DNA from: an uncultured virus (IMG/VR IMGVR_UViG_2061766007_000557) | Lineage: Duplodnaviria > Heunggongvirae > Uroviricota > Caudoviricetes | Length of the DNA stretch: 64,000 bases | IMG/VR virus record: IMGVR_UViG_2061766007_000557 | Reading direction: 5' to 3' (one strand) | Shown here: one piece after another, positions 28,925 to 43,951 of the stretch | Layout: the number at the start of each line of letters is the position of its first letter | How positions within the stretch are numbered: position 1 is the stretch's first letter | The notes under the pieces: model-generated | What the model was told of the DNA's origin: nothing | What the model saw: only the letters and a program-made list of their open reading frames with translations | Databases searched by the model: none | Made by a program: the position numbers and the translations under genes

Positions 28925-29503
28925 ATGATTAAATTTTTTGGTTACGATAACCAGTTAAACGAAATCACTATTAATCAACCCGAAATTCTTCTAGTAAAAG
29001 AATTTGCGGACCTGTGGACTAATGAAAGAAATAAGTGTAAAGAAGATCCTGACGGACATAAAAAACTAAGAGGATTTAAAGAATTAGTTTATATTTACAT
29101 GGCAATTGACTGGGGTGCTCCTGGAAGTAAGGATACTCCAGCCAATCGTCATATATATGCTATGGAAGCTTCTGGTTTAACAGAAGAAGAATATAACGAT
29201 CCTGTTTTTAGAGCTGCTTGTAGAAAATACAGAGAATTACAAGAAAAATCTTCTTTAATAGGTACGATGGTAGAAACGTATACAAATAAAATTCATCAAA
29301 TGAATGAGTTTATAAAAAGTATAGATTATAATGAACGTACAGATACTGGAATGCCTATATTTAAAACTAAGGATACATTAGACGAAATGGGTCGAATTGA
29401 TAAAGCATTAGAAGCTTTAAAAAATCTCGAAATGAAATATAAAGAAGAACAAGAAGAAGTTTCTGGTTTGAGAGGTGATAAGAAAAAAGGATTATTTGAC
29501 TGA
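28925..29503 (+). CDS. Helical protein upstream of TerL (possible terminase small subunit)
   Basis: Position and translational coupling to TerL; the function is inferred only. Confidence 0.5.
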   Translation: MIKFFGYDNQLNEITINQPEILLVKEFADLWTNERNKCKEDPDGHKKLRGFKELVYIYMAIDWGAPGSKDTPANRHIYAMEASGLTEEEYNDPVFRAACRKYRELQEKSSLIGTMVETYTNKIHQMNEFIKSIDYNERTDTGMPIFKTKDTLDEMGRIDKALEALKNLEMKYKEEQEEVSGLRGDKKKGLFD

Positions 29504-31794
29504 TGGAATCCGAAAAAAAGAAAACGTCTAAAAACGTTTATATATAGGAAACTTTGGAAGAGCGTATACAAAATGCTTCTAAACAAACTAGAGCAGTACG
29601 CGATTATCAAAGAAAGAAACCTACAAAAGAAGAAAAAAATAAAATGGAGTATGAAGAAATGCTCCATTATAATGACATAGAAAAATCTGAAAAAGAAGAA
29701 GTAATTGAAAAGCCAGAATGGGATGTGCCTATAGGAACAAAGATTGAATACTTTGATCCAGCGTTATCATACGAATTAACAGGGTATCGTCCCATTACTA
29801 CTACAGAAGGGTTAGATTTTAATCCTGAATTATTTACAGTACCAGCTAATACATATCGAAAAAATAAAAGATATACAAATTATGTTCCAGATACATTTAA
29901 ATGGATCAACCATTGGAAAGAGGAATTTAAGAAATGTTAGCAAGGTGTAACAATCGGTAGATATACACTGACTGGCCAAAATTATTTCTTCTTAAATTAT
30001 TATAGACTGTTAAGTCCTGTATCAGAAGAAGAAAGTTATACTGCGAGAGCAGAAGACTTTCCTGCTTTTATTGCAAAACAATATGAATACTTCCATTATC
30101 TAGATTTATGTAAAAAGGCCGGATTTGATGGATTGGCATTCAAAAGCAGAGGTGTTGGTGCTTCGGAAATTGCCGCAAGTAACTGTGCGCACGCATTTAC
30201 ATTCTTTAGATAGAGTATGAATATAGTAACAGCATTTGCATAGAATTATGTAGAAGATACTCTTGATAAAGTATGGCAAGAATTAGCATTCTTGGATACA
30301 AAAACAGAAGGTGCATTTAAACATTTAAAATAGGGAACTAATACTGCATTTGAAAAAGTAGCATCTGTAATTGATAAAGATGGTGTAGAACAAGGATTTA
30401 TGTCTACAGTAAAAGGTATTGTTGCAGATACTCCTGATAAACTTCGTGGTAAACGTACAGATAATCTGTATTTCGAAGAAAGTGGTAACAATAAATGCTT
30501 AATTGATACATACGCGAGAGGTGATGCTCTTGTTATTATTGGTGGTAGAAGGGTAGGTAACAGATTTGTATTCGGAACCTCTGGAGAGCAAGGTCCTAAA
30601 CTCGCTGGATTGAAAGCAATGTTCTATAATCCAAAAGGATATTCTATACTCCCATTCTATAACACTTCTACTGCTAATGGCGAACCTCAATTAACTGGAT
30701 ATTTTATTCCTTCTTATTAGATGTGGTTTGGCACAGATGATGGTTCTGTAAAAGGATATGATGATAGAGGAGTTGTAAATGAGGAAGCCGCCAAAGAAGA
30801 TTATCTAAAAAAATGGGCTGAAATAGAAGATCCTCATGCTCTTCTAATCAAAAAAGCAGAATATTGTTTTACTCCTGAAGACGCATTCGTACTTGAAGGA
30901 GAGAACATGTTTGATAAAGAAAAATTAGCTGATCAACTTGCTAATATAGAAATTCATAAAATAGTTGAAAAACCTAAAAATTATAAACTATATTGGCCTC
31001 AAAAAGAAGGACAACCTGATAGAACTCAGAAACCTCTTTTAAGAGAAGAACCAACAGGAAAAATATAGATAGTAGAACCTCCAATCTTTGATGAGCAAGG
31101 AAATTCTATGCGCAATTTATATGTTTCAGGCATCGATAGTATTGATGTGGATGATTCTACATCTACTGGACAAAATGATGTATCTGAATTTTGTATGGTT
31201 ATTTTACGAAGGCAATATGGTTTGAAGTCTCCTAAAATAGTTGCTATTTATAAAGATAGGCCGAAGAAAATTGAAGATGCATTTGATAATGCTTTAAAAC
31301 TTTGTAAATTCTATGGTTGTAAAACACTTGTCGAGGCTACTCGTATAAGTATTAAAAACTATTTTGAGAGAATGGGATATTTGTCTTATATGATGCATCG
31401 TCCGCAAGCGACAGCAAATAGTTCTTCTAAAACAAACTTTAGACAATACGGAGTTCCTGCTACACAAGCAATTATTGAGCATCAATTAGAATTAATTGAC
31501 ACATATATTGATAATTATTGTGATACAATCCAATTTCCTAATATGATTGACGAATTATTACGTTATTCATATGCAAATAAAAGAAAATTTGATATTGTAG
31601 CAGCAATGGGCGTTTGTTTATTAGCAGATGAAGAAATGATGCAGCTTAGGGCAAAAATACAAGAATAGAATCCTCCTAAAATGAAAGACGTTGGATATTA
31701 TAGAGATTAGTATGGACGTATTCAATATGGAGTTATATAGAAAGAAGAAATATCTACAATGAGATATGGATGGACTAGAGCAAAACGTTATTGA
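29503..31794 (+). CDS. terL: Terminase large subunit; code 15
   Basis: ORFs 29554, 30400, 30721 and 31108 are one frame split by TAG. Walker A KSRGVGASE, Walker B LYFEESG, nuclease motifs SGIDSID and KFDIVAAMG. Confidence 0.92.
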
Positions 31795-32032
31795 TCTTAT
31801 AGAGCAAGTATATAAATGTAAATTTATTGGTAATTTAAAAATAGAAAAACAAGAAAATCTTTATCAATTACGAATATTTTTGCATGATGAACATTTCATG
31901 GCATATACTTTAGCTAAACAGTGTGATTCAGATGACGAATTTTTAGAATTTGTAAAAAAAGAATTACAGGAAAATCGAATTATCAGGTCTAAACATTCGA
32001 AATTAATTATTTATCCTTATGAATATATATAA
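31766..32032 (+). CDS. Hypothetical protein
   Basis: 88 aa ORF between terL and portal. Confidence 0.65.
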   Translation: MDGLEQNVIDLIEQVYKCKFIGNLKIEKQENLYQLRIFLHDEHFMAYTLAKQCDSDDEFLEFVKKELQENRIIRSKHSKLIIYPYEYI

Positions 32033-34262
32033 GAGTATAAAAACTAAAAAAGGTTCAAACGATTATTTAATGGATGTTGCTGATTATATTATAGGTGACC
32101 TTGTGCATGAAAAAGAATATCTTTATAAAGCATATGATTACTATAATGGAATCAGAGATATTTACCAATACGAAAATCTTGAAAAGAATTTTGGAATTGG
32201 AAATCCAACATCAGTAGATTTTGTACCTTTAATTAGAAAACATATTGATGCAATTGTTGGAGAATATTTATCTACAAAAATTAGTCCAAAAATTTCATGT
32301 AAAGATGAAAAGACTCTGACTAATATAAATAGAGATAAATAGTTAGAAATAGCTCGTAAAACACATCAATATCTTAAACAATTTCTAGAGAATAGTATAT
32401 TAGATGCTATTGCTGGAAAACCTCAGCAAGAAGAAAAAATACTTGATCCTGTTATACAATAGGAACTAAAAGAAATTGAAGAGTCTGTTGGAAGAAATTT
32501 TATTTCTAATTATGAAATCGCTGGACAAAATATCGTAGAATATATCTTACAATCTAGAAAAATGGATTTTAAGAATAAACTGCAGCAAATGCTTCTTGAT
32601 TTATTAATAGCAGGACAGACTTATTATAAAGTAGTTGAATCTACTGGAGGCACTAATTTTAAAATTGAAGTTTATAGCCCATTAAATGTTTTTGTTGATA
32701 AAAATCCAAAAACAAAATATATGAAAGATGGTTATAAATCAGTAGTTCGAAAGTGGATGACTACGGAAGAGATTGTAATTACATATGGTAAAGACCTTAC
32801 GCAGAAAGATATCGATAGTCTTGAGGATTATGTAATTTATGATCGTAATAATGAACATTTCAGACTTATAACTGACAGATGTGCTCGTTGCGGCGAGCCA
32901 CCTACGAGAAATCCAGGAATGCTTCATGGAACTGGAATAGCATTTGATGATGAAACTGACGAATCTGCTTATTTTGGAGATTCTAGACAATGGAATCTTA
33001 TTCCGGTATATGAGGTAGAGTGGATAGACTATGAAAAGGAAGGAGATAAAATAAAAGGTAAAAAATATGAAGTTGTAAGAATTGGAACCGACATTTATAT
33101 ATTAAAAGGTGAAGATAAAAAAGCAATTAGAGATATCGATGCTCCAAATGAAGTAAAATTAAGTATAAATGGAATGTATTATACTAATCAAGGAGCTCCT
33201 TATTCTTTGATGCTTGCTACAACTTTCTTGCAAGATAAATTTGATCTTTTGTATTACTTTAAAGATAATATAATTGCTCTTTCTGGTACTAAAGGTGCTC
33301 ATGTTGATTTAGCACACTTACCTACAGTTCTTGGAGATACAATGGAAGAGAGACTCCAAAAGTATTAGGCTTATCGTAAAACAGGTTTATCTTTATATGA
33401 TTCTTCTCAAGAAGGAGAAATGGTCAATACTACATTTAATGGTTATGATGATAGTGTGAACGTTAATACTATCTAGGCAATTGATCTAGCTATCGAGAGG
33501 GTCGAGCAAACAGCAAGCTCAATCACCGGTGTGTTTAGAGAAAGGCTCGGTGGTATCGAAGCTAGAGATGCCGTTGCTAATGTAGAAATGGGTATGCAAC
33601 AATCGTATGTAATTACTAAACAATATTATCAAGCAATGGATACCCTTGTTTAGGAAATTCTTACAGACGCTTTGAATGTTGCAAAAAGAGTATATAAGAA
33701 AGGAATGACCGGGCAGTTAATTCTTGGAGATAAAAAAGAAATATTTACTCTTTTACCAGAATATTATTCGTTTACTGATTTTGATATTCATTTGGCCGAT
33801 AGCACAGAGATAATGAAAGAACAAGAATTCTTAAAACAATTATCAATGGAACTCACAAAGAACGGACAAGCAGATCCTACTTTGATTGTTATTATTTCTA
33901 CGGCAAAGAGTCTGACCGAAATGAAAGAAGGAGTTCTAAAAGCAATCAGTGAACGTAAATTAGAAAATAATCAATTGCAACAACTTCAGCAACAACTTCA
34001 ACAAACTCAAGAAAATCTTGATCAAGTTCAAAAACAACTTGAAGCTAGTACTAAGAAAATTACTCAACTTAATAGTAAGAAAATGGCTATAGATCAACAA
34101 GATAATGTAGCTAAACAAGAAATTGAGTGGTTTAAAGCTAAAAGTGATGATGAAAATAAGAAAGCAGAACTTGAGTTAGTTAAATAGAGAAATCAACTAG
34201 AAGCATTACAACTTGTTGATAACTCTAAAGATAATGATGAAGTTAAAAACGATAAATATTGA
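32019..34262 (+). CDS. Portal protein (crAss-type); code 15
   Basis: ORFs 32019, 32562 and 33672 share a frame, TGA at 34260. AYDYYNG, PLIRKHID.IVGE, ITGVFRERLG and a Gln-rich C-terminal coil; lies after terL. Confidence 0.85.
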
Positions 34263-34264
34263 TT

Positions 34265-34537
34265 ATGAAATCATCACGACAATTTTGGCGCGAAATGCTA
34301 AGTGAGAACGGGAATGGAAGTTCTAAGAGATTATTTGGTGGAATTTCCATTCTTGTAGCACTTGGATGTATTATATATTTAACAATTACTGAAGGGTGTA
34401 GTCCTTGTGTGTAGAGTTTATTGCAAGTTTTAATCATTACAGCCTGTTCTCTATTAGGCCTTTCTTCAGTTACAAGTATATTTAAAAATAGTGGAGGACT
34501 TCCATTTATAAAACGTAAAGAAAATGAACACAAGTAA
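34265..34537 (+). CDS. Two-TM holin-like protein; code 15
   Basis: SSKRLFGGISILVALGCIIYL, a second TM and a basic C-terminus; one TAG. Confidence 0.6.
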
Positions 34538-35162
34538 ATTTATAACAATATCTCTTTTTAGAGTGCGCCCTGGAGACAGCACAAAACTCGATATGATTTT
34601 TAGCTGTTTTACTGGATACTATTTTACATCTTTAATACTTGATATCTGCTATCTTGTAAATGGAGAATTTGTAAATCAATAGTATGACCTATCTCCTGCT
34701 ATTTTTAAAGTGCCTACCCAAGGAGAGTAGTATTAGACTCGTTACGCAATAAGTCTGCCTTTAGATAAATTAGAGATATATTAGTCTACTATTTATCCTG
34801 CTATTTATACAGGAACATTTACAATAGCTAGATACGACCAGAATGTAGAGGCTATTACAGAAGAAAATAATTAGGATGTTGCAGTATGTTCTGATGTAAA
34901 TTATGCATATCATTGTATGCTTAAAGATTTACTAGAAATGCAAGATCTTTCTTCCTGTAATTAGTGTGTAGAAGTTTCTGATGAGTTAATTAGAAAATAT
35001 TTAATATTATATGGTCACTATTAGGCTTTAAATTGTGGGGATGGTGAATTTGCTAAAACATTCTTTAAGATTATAAATAATTGTTTTGGTAATTGTCCTT
35101 CTACTCCAATAAATTGTGGATGTGCTTCAAAACGTGTAACTTCTTGTAATTGTGGAAAATAA
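34524..35162 (+). CDS. Putative virion structural protein with Cys-rich C-terminus; code 15
   Basis: Open frame apart from TAGs; ends NCGC..CNCGK. Confidence 0.6.
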
Positions 35163-35869
35163 TGATAGACGTTAAGAATACTATATTACATACATTAACT
35201 AATAAATTCGACAGATTAAGATTTTTGGGGGATAATGATACTTAGGCATTTAAGAAAATACTTCAACTTATTGTACTAGATGATTTATATGATTGGAGTA
35301 ATTATTTAAATGATAGTCAAGCAGTTCAAAAGAAACTTAAAGATTTGAGACTTTAGTTTATTCAATGTAATCCTGAATTTGAAATCTGCAGAACTCCATT
35401 TGATGGGCATTACGTTAATGTAAATCTTCCGTAGAATAATTATATAGAAGAATCGGAAGAAATAAATCTTGAAAATATAGATCCAATTGAACCAGAAGAT
35501 TCTCAGCCATTTATTCCAGATCCTACTTGTGAAATTACAATAGTATATTTTAGTTCTAGAAAAAAATCTGGAGAACCAGAAATAAATCCAAATACATTAA
35601 CAACTTGTGAAAAAATGAATATATATATAAACAGAAAAAAAGGTACTGCTTGGTATTTAAGTGAAAATGGCATTTGGAAATAGATTGTTTCCGATTCGTC
35701 TTTAACAGAAGATCAAGTTAAAGCGTTAATAAATAATTCTACAGTTGTTGCTGATTGGTCAGATGAAAATGATCCGCAAATTATACTTAACGTAAAAACT
35801 GATCCAGGAGTAGGAGATTCTAATTCTATTAATTTATTAACCCAACAAGAAGTGGAGGCAATGATATGA
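35162..35869 (+). CDS. Putative structural protein; code 15
   Basis: ATG overlaps the previous TAA and the TGA overlaps the next ATG. Confidence 0.6.
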
Positions 35870-38412
35870 TTAAAAACGATAATCAAAAATTAGGATATAA
35901 AGAATCATTATCTACTTTATCATCTGGATTGAAGAAAGTATTAAATCCTTCTATTTTTAGTATATCTAGTGATCAACAACCTCAAGATTGGATTAAAATA
36001 AATACTAATCTAGAAGAATCTTGTAGAATAGGTATTCATGTAAAAGGTTTAGCAGAATCTACAAAAGTTATTCAATTTGATGGATACTGTAATTTAAATA
36101 ATGGAGAATACTTCTATGGTAATAATCATGGATCTAGTTCTATTACTCATATTGCATATAAATATGTAGACGGATTATATGTAATAGCTTTAAAAGGAAA
36201 CAAAATTTCTTCTTTATCTGCAGAACTTTTTATTTACGAATCAGAGTCTGATAATAAGAATCATGCAACTGGAATTACAACTTTCGCAGATGGTGAAGAA
36301 ACTCCTGAAGAATCTATTATATGGATTAAAAATACTGATCCTTTTGTAGGAGAATCTGCTGCTAATTGGTCTGCTGCTTTTGATACTGGTGCTCAAGAAG
36401 ATGTAATCATTGATTCTTCTTCTCATGCTCAAAGTACTAAAATCGATACGATAAAGAAAGCAGTCAGCGCTGATAAGTTAAAAGACAATATTACTATTAG
36501 CTTTACAGGAGATGTAACTGGTTCTGGAACATTAAATTCTGGTGCTACTTCAGTTAATATTGAAACTACTTTATCTGAGAGTATAATAGAAGAAATAGAA
36601 AGTAGTTTAGAGATTCCATTAGCGTCTACAGAAGCAATAGGAGGAATTAGACTATTTGATAATTCTGATAGTATACCTACTGATCATTATCCTTTAAAGT
36701 TAAATGAAGAAAAAGCTTATGTAGATTTAGGAGATATAAATACTAAAATAACTTCTATTTCTTCTGCTTTATCTGATGTTGATATTCACAGATTCGAAGA
36801 TTTAAATAACGTTCCTGATGAAGTTAAAAAACCAGGAATGATTGTTCAGTATATTGGACCTAAAACATCTAAATATACTAAAGGTTGGTTCTATCAATAT
36901 ACTCCTATTGCGTTTACAGTATCTAAGAATACTAATAAATGGGGATTTACTGATGTGCAAGCTGGGCAATCTATAGCTATTCATAACGCGACTATTAATT
37001 ATCAGATTAATACAGGAGATTTATTATTACATGCTATTTTCGAAGAATCTGATACACAAGTTACAGATTCTACGATTTTCCAAATTATTCAAAAAGGATC
37101 TGTAATAGAAGAATTACCTTATTCTGAAATATTAAATATCTTCAAAATACATATTGAGGATGCTTATTTAGAAAGAGAGTATTATGAAGATTGTACCTTA
37201 AATCTTATTGTTGGAGAAAACGATTGTGTTTGGGTTTAGAAAAATGTATAGCCTTTATTTGAAGCACAATCTGCTTTAATATACAGAGGATATGTAGAAC
37301 ATTATTCTGAATTAGAAGCAAAAACTCCTGATGCGCAACCTGGTGATGTATGGACAGTAAGAGATAGATCTGATCAAGAATACTTCTATAAAGAAAGCGA
37401 AAGTATTGACTGGCAAGATCATTGGGAATTCATGGGATAGATTCTTGATGTCTCTGAATATAAAGGAGATCATACTGAAGATCAGAATGTTTTTGCTGAT
37501 GTAAGTGTAACAGATATTGTTGGGAGCAAAGATAAATTGATTTCTACTCATTACAATTCAAGAGAAGCCGATAACTCTACAACTGTTCAAGTTGGAGGTA
37601 TTGCAGCAAATACTACTGCAGCAACTCTTAGAGGAAAAACGATTTCAGAAATGTTAGATATGATTTTATTTCCTGATGCAGAGCCTACAATTAGTGGATC
37701 AGAAAGTGTTTCATTATCTGGTCAAACTGTTGTAAAATTTGGTTCAGTTTGCCCAGAATTTACACCTTCTCATACTAATAAAACGGTTAGTTATTCAAAA
37801 GAAGGAAATGTAGGATCTGTGTTATCTAATGCTACTTATAATGGTACATTCACAGGAACTGAGCCAACTTATATTATGGGAGGCGCATCAATTACTCCAA
37901 ACCAAACAAAAGTTACATCAAACGTTACTGTTACATACTCTGGATCTTGGGCTGCTGGCAATAAGTATCCTTGCACTAAAAAAGGAGCTATTCCTTCAGA
38001 TTCTTCAAAAAGAAATCCTGCTTCTGCTGTTGGAACAAAAACAGCTACAGCTACAATTTCTTGTTGGTATCCGTATTTTTATGGAGTATCGTCTGTAGAT
38101 CCTTCGAGTAATAATTTTACATCTGATATGTTAAAACAAAACGAAACATTTGTATAGCAAAAACCAAATAAAATTGAAATAACACTTAATGGAAACGGAG
38201 GGCCTGTTTATCATTTTATTGCACTTCCTCAAAATTGGACAATTAAATCTATATATGGTAACGGATATGGTGCTGACGGAGCATTTTCTATAAAAGATTA
38301 TTCTCTAGATTATACTAATAATGGTATTAGAAATCAAAATGTTCCGATGAAATTAACTTATTTAAACAATCCTACAGCAAATAGAATAATATATACTATT
38401 AATTTAAATTAA
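35866..38412 (+). CDS. Large tail/fibre-associated protein; code 15
   Basis: ORFs 35866 and 37537 are in one frame. ITISFTGDVTGSG and VGGIAA..L.GKTISEMLD..LFP motifs. Confidence 0.7.
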
Positions 38413-38413
38413 T

Positions 38414-41400
38414 ATGAAAGCAAACGAAAGTAGTTATTTTGGAACAGGTATACAACTTCCTAGTGGTATTGATGTTGGAGGAACATATCCGCTAGATCAT
38501 AGAATACTAATTAATTCTTGGAATATACATGAAGGAATTTATGATATAGATAGTATTCCTTTGACTTCTTTATATACAGGTATGATTGTTTCAGATTCTG
38601 CTGGTACAATTAAAGTTTTAAAATCTGTTCCGCAGAATGTAGCAAAAGCACACGAATGCACTTGGGAAGAAATAATTGGAACAGATACATGGCAGAAAAA
38701 TACAAAAGATAATGATGGATATGTATCTAAAGGTACCGGCCAAGCAAACAAAGTTTGGAAAACTGATGAAAATGGTAATCCAAACTGGAGAGATGATGCT
38801 AATACTACCTATACATTTAACCAAAAGAAGGACGCAAATAATGTACTTACTAATACATTACAGGTTTCGACTAATGGTGGTACTACTTATAGTGATATAT
38901 ACACTCCTACATTAACTAAAGGAGACAAAGGAGATAAAGGAGATCAAGGAGATCCTGGTAAAAACTTAGAATTCCAATGGGGTACAGGCAATAATGCTAA
39001 TAAATTAGGTGTTCGGCAGGAAGGACAATCCTCATATACATATAGTGATAGTTTAAAGGGAAGTAAAGGTGATAATGGCAATGCTGCTACAATTGCTGTT
39101 GGAACTGTAACTTCTGGATCTACTGCTTCTGTTACAAATAGTGGATCATCTTCTGCAGCTGTATTTAATTTTGTATTACCTAAAGGCGATCCAGGTAATG
39201 CGGCTACAGTTACCGTAGGAACAACTACAACAGGAAACCCTGGTACTAATGCATCAGTTATCAATAGTGGTACAACAAGTGCGGCAGTCCTTAATTTTAC
39301 TATTCCAAAGGGTTCAAGCGGAGACGCAGCTACTGTTTCAGTTGGCACTACAACCACTGGAAATCCCGGTACCAATGCTTCCGTAACAAATGCAGGTACA
39401 ACATCAGCCGCTGTATTAAACTTTACCATTCCAAAAGGTTCAGACGGTAAGAATCTTGAGTTCCAATGGGGAACGGGGACTAATACAAACAAATTAGGTG
39501 TAAGGTAGGAAGGACAAACAAACTATACCTATTCAGATTCTCTTAAAGGTGACACTGGCACAAATGGAACAAACGGATTAAATGGTAAAAGTTTGGAATT
39601 TATATGGGGAACTGGAAATAATGCAAATAAGTTAGGAGTAAGACAAGAAGGATAGACTTCGTATACTTATAGTGATAGTTTAAAAGGAAATCCAGGAACG
39701 AATGGTGCAAATGGATCTAACGGTACTGATGGAAAGAGTCTTGAATTTGTTTGGGGTACTGGCAATAACGCTAATAAACTTGGTGTAAGAAAAGAAGGTG
39801 ATTCAACCTATACATATAGTGCAAGTTTAAAAGGATCAAATGGTACTAACGGAACGGACGGTATTACTCCTCATATTGATTCTACGACTAAACATTGGAT
39901 GATAGGCAGTACAGATACTGGAGTTGTTGCTGAGGGTCAGAACGGAACAAACGGAACGAATGGTACTAATGGAATAGATGGAGTTACACCTTCTATAACT
40001 GCAACAGCTACAGTTTCTAATACTGTAGGAACTCCATAGGTTACTGTTACTAAAACTGGGACAGATGCTAACCCGTCATTTGCTTTTGCATTTTCTAATC
40101 TAAAGGGGTCTAATGGTACTAATGGAACTAACGGTACTAATGGAACAAATGGTACTTCTGCATATTGGTTTAGTGGAACAGCAGTAACTGGTTCTGGTAG
40201 AGCTACAGTTTCTGGATCCAAAGCCGGAGATATGTATTTAAATACAAATACATATAATGTATATAAAGCAGCTGCTGCTGATACCTGGTCTTATGTATGT
40301 AATATTAAAGGTGCTACTGGACAAAATGCTACAACTACTAGCGTGTTTAGTGATTCTGCTGATGGATTAGCTCCTGCTTCAAGTGCTGCTAAGAAATCTA
40401 ATGATAAATTAACTAGTAATGATTATGTTTTATGTGGAAATACTAAAAATTATAGATTATTACCAGATAATGCTTTTAATGATACTTGGCAAGAAAATAC
40501 TGCAACTCAAGCTGGTTATGTTAAGTCTCCAGCACAAGCTGCAAATAAAGCATGGAAAACTGATGCTAATGGTACTCCTGGATGGAATTCAGATTTAGTA
40601 CTACAATAGTTAAAAATTACTGAAAAAGAAGAAGATGGAGAAACTGTTAAAGTTTATCCAGATCTTAATGATTATACAGTTCCTGGAGTTTATTATTATT
40701 CTGGAGGTAATGACGGGCAGCCGCCTGTACACGCCCCAGAACAAGCCGGCGATGATGCAAAATGGTGTGGTATTGTAGTAATTCCTACTTCTGTAACTAA
40801 TAGAAGACAAATTTTAACAACAATATCTGGTGTATAGTATCATAGAGTTTATAGACATACATAGGAGGTAAAATGGACTGATTGGGTAGAAGATCAGCTT
40901 ACAGATACTAAAGGTAGTGGTAGTATTGGAAGCACTAGTTCTGCAGACGGAGCTTGGAAAACTAGTGTTCATGATGTTGCTCTTTCTTCAGAAAATGTTC
41001 TTTCTGGTAATACTAAAACAATTCCTGCTGCTACTTCTAGTAATGACGGCTACATGACTTCTAGCTAGGCCGAAATAGTAGCTAGTTCAGTTACGTCAAC
41101 TAATACATTAGGAACTACTGATGGAGATATTATTATTAAATCTGGAAATTCTGATGATAGAAAAGTAATAAAGTCTGGTAAGACTATTACTACTACTGCT
41201 CCTTCTTCGTCTTCTAAAGATACTACAATTCCTACTTCTAAAGCTGTTTGGACAGCAATTGGTAATGGTATAGCTACTAATGATGCAATGGTTTATAAAG
41301 GAACTATTGCTGGAGGATCTACTGGAAATTATGGAAAATTAACTAGTGCTGCAGATAGAGGGCATACTTATAAAGTTTCTACAGCAGGTAAAATAAATGG

Positions 41401-43951
41401 AGTTGTTGTTGAAGTTGGAGATTTACTTATATGTAATACAAATGCAACAGCTGCTGCTACTTCTAGTAATTATGCTACTATTGCTGCAAACTGGGATGTT
41501 ATTCAGAATAATATTGATGGTGCATTATTTAAAAGCTCTAATATTTTTACAGACGAACATGTTCTTGTTGCTGATGGTATTAATGGAAAAGTAAAAGATT
41601 CTGGTTTTACTATTGGAAAATCTGTTCCGAGTAATGCTGTATTTACAGATACATCTGTTACATCTGTTGATAATCACTATATTCCTACTAAAAACGATAG
41701 TGCTGAATTAACTGCTTCTCTTAGTGGAACAGCTGGGCCCTATGCAAAAGATACTGAATATACAGTACTTACAGGAGTTAAGGCACAAAGAGATGCTAAA
41801 GGTCACGTTACTGGATTAACTTATACTGCTTAGAAGATTAAGGATACTAATACAAATACTACTTATAGTTTTGCTCAAAGTAATAATACATTAACTGTAA
41901 CTCCTTCTTCTGGAACTCAATTTAGTTATACTCCAGATATTAACAACAGAAAGTTAACTATTCAAGCAAATGGAACAGAGGCTGTTGAATTTACTGCTAA
42001 CTCTAGTGTAGATAAAACTTTAAATATTAAAGGTGCTAATTTAACTTCTGTGTCTAGAACAGCAAATGGAGAAATTACTATCGATACTCCTTGGGAATCT
42101 AATAGTGGTAGTGTTACTTCTGCTAGTGATGATGGTGGTTAGTATGGTAAATATGTAAAAGTAGGAAGATTTTAGACAGAATTTGCAAAAACATATGACT
42201 TTAATATAAGTTCTTTGTTTGCAATAAATACTATTAATACTATTAATTATGGTGGAATTTTTTCTTTGCAATTTGCAAAATCTAAGGATACTATAGATGA
42301 TAGTACCAATCAAACAACAATTGGGTAGTATCGTTCAAAAATAAATTGGATAGTTAGAGAAACATCTACTGATACTTATCTTCCAGAAGATTTTGTTAAA
42401 TTATATATTAAAAGAGAAGAAAGTGGAGATAATTATATACTAACATTAGATATATGGTATTATTTGCCAAAAAGGACTTGGGTATAGTATGAAACAACAT
42501 AGCTAAGTAAGAATACTGCTTATAGTAGTTTTGTAACACCTAATAAATGGACATTATATAATAGTCGTACTTTAGTCAATACTCCAATATTTGAAACTAT
42601 TTTTCATGAAGATACTTAGGAGTATGAATATGTTCCTTATGATAATGCAACCGCTCCTATTAAGTCTGAAGATTCTAAACTATATGCATCTGGATTAGCA
42701 AAAACTGGTGGAGTGTCAACAGATGTATGGACAACTAATGGTGGAACTACAACATTAGCAACTTATAAAGATCAAGCACTTAATAGATATGGAACGGCTA
42801 GTATAGATGATAAAGCAGAATCTAATAAATATAATAAAGTAGTAGTAGAACTTTCTAATTCTCCTATTATTCCAACATTAAGTTCAAGTGCTAATGGTAT
42901 TAGAGTAACAGTTGATTTTAGTACTCTTAATTGGCAAATAGAGCTACATTAGGTACAGTACGGAGAAACACTTGATGAAGTACCACAATTAAATATTGGT
43001 AATTCTGGATATAAAAATATCTATTATAACGGAACTTAGATAACTAAAGATAATGTTTCGTAGATCTTATATGGAATTTGTGATTTTATATATGATAATT
43101 CTTTAGGGTGGTGTTTAGTCGCAAGAACTACTCAACCAAAAATTAGTTTAAGTTCTAATAGTCACAATTCTGGAGGAATTGGTAATATTCAAGTAGGCCA
43201 AATTGCAAATGAAATTCAATTGTCTGCTAATAACTGGTATACTTTAAATATTGGAGATAAAACATTTGACTTCAGAACTCCTGCAGACACTAAGAATACT
43301 GCAGGATCTACTGCTTACAAAGGAACAAATAGTCTATATCTGATTGGGGCTATAACAAAAGATGATAATTCACAAACATATAGTGCCTCTGGTAATAATT
43401 ATATTATAAAAGATGGAAGTTCTTATAAGCTTCATACAGAAAGTTTAGTATTACATGGATATGGTGGAAATTCATATATTACAGGAGCACCTGGAGTAAA
43501 TATACATATTACAGGGGGATCTGTATAGATCAACGATTCTGGTGGATCTTCTACACTAATTGGAAATTCATCATCTGCACTTACTCTTACAGGATCGGTA
43601 ATAAATATTAATTCAAATACTGTATCTGTAACGGGACAAGTGGAAGCATCTGGAGGATTCTATGAGACTTCTGATGCCAGAAAGAAAGATATTATATCTA
43701 ATATTTCTTTAGATAAAGCATATGAATTAGTAGACAAATGTCAAACTATTATTTATTCTTTAAAAGATTCTCCTAATAAAGAAGAAATAGGTCTTATAGC
43801 TCAAGAAGTTCAAGAATTTTTTCCAGAGATTGTTTCCGAAGGTACTGATGGATTCTTATCACTTGATTATGCTAAGCTTACTGTAGTAATATTAAGAGTA
43901 TTAAAAGATTTAATTATTAGAATTAATAATATAGAACAAAAGTATGGTTGA
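38414..43951 (+). CDS. Tail fibre with collagen-like repeats and C-terminal peptidase S74 intramolecular chaperone (about 1845 aa); code 15
   Basis: Six listed ORFs share one frame. KGDKGD and GTN triplets, repeated LEF.WGTG modules, C-terminal SDARKKDI..IGLIAQEVQEFFPEIV..LDYAKL. Confidence 0.85.
38930..40155 (+). repeat. Intragenic tandem repeats of the tail fibre
   Basis: 4x K.LEF.WGTG.N.NKLGVR.EG...YTYS.SLKG, 3x AAT..VGT.T.G...ASV.N.G.SAAV.NF..PKG, and GTN runs. Confidence 0.85.

Noticed and set aside
38944..40221. Minus-strand ORFs opposite the tail fibre
   Set aside because: Antisense shadows of repetitive Gly/Thr/Asn codons.
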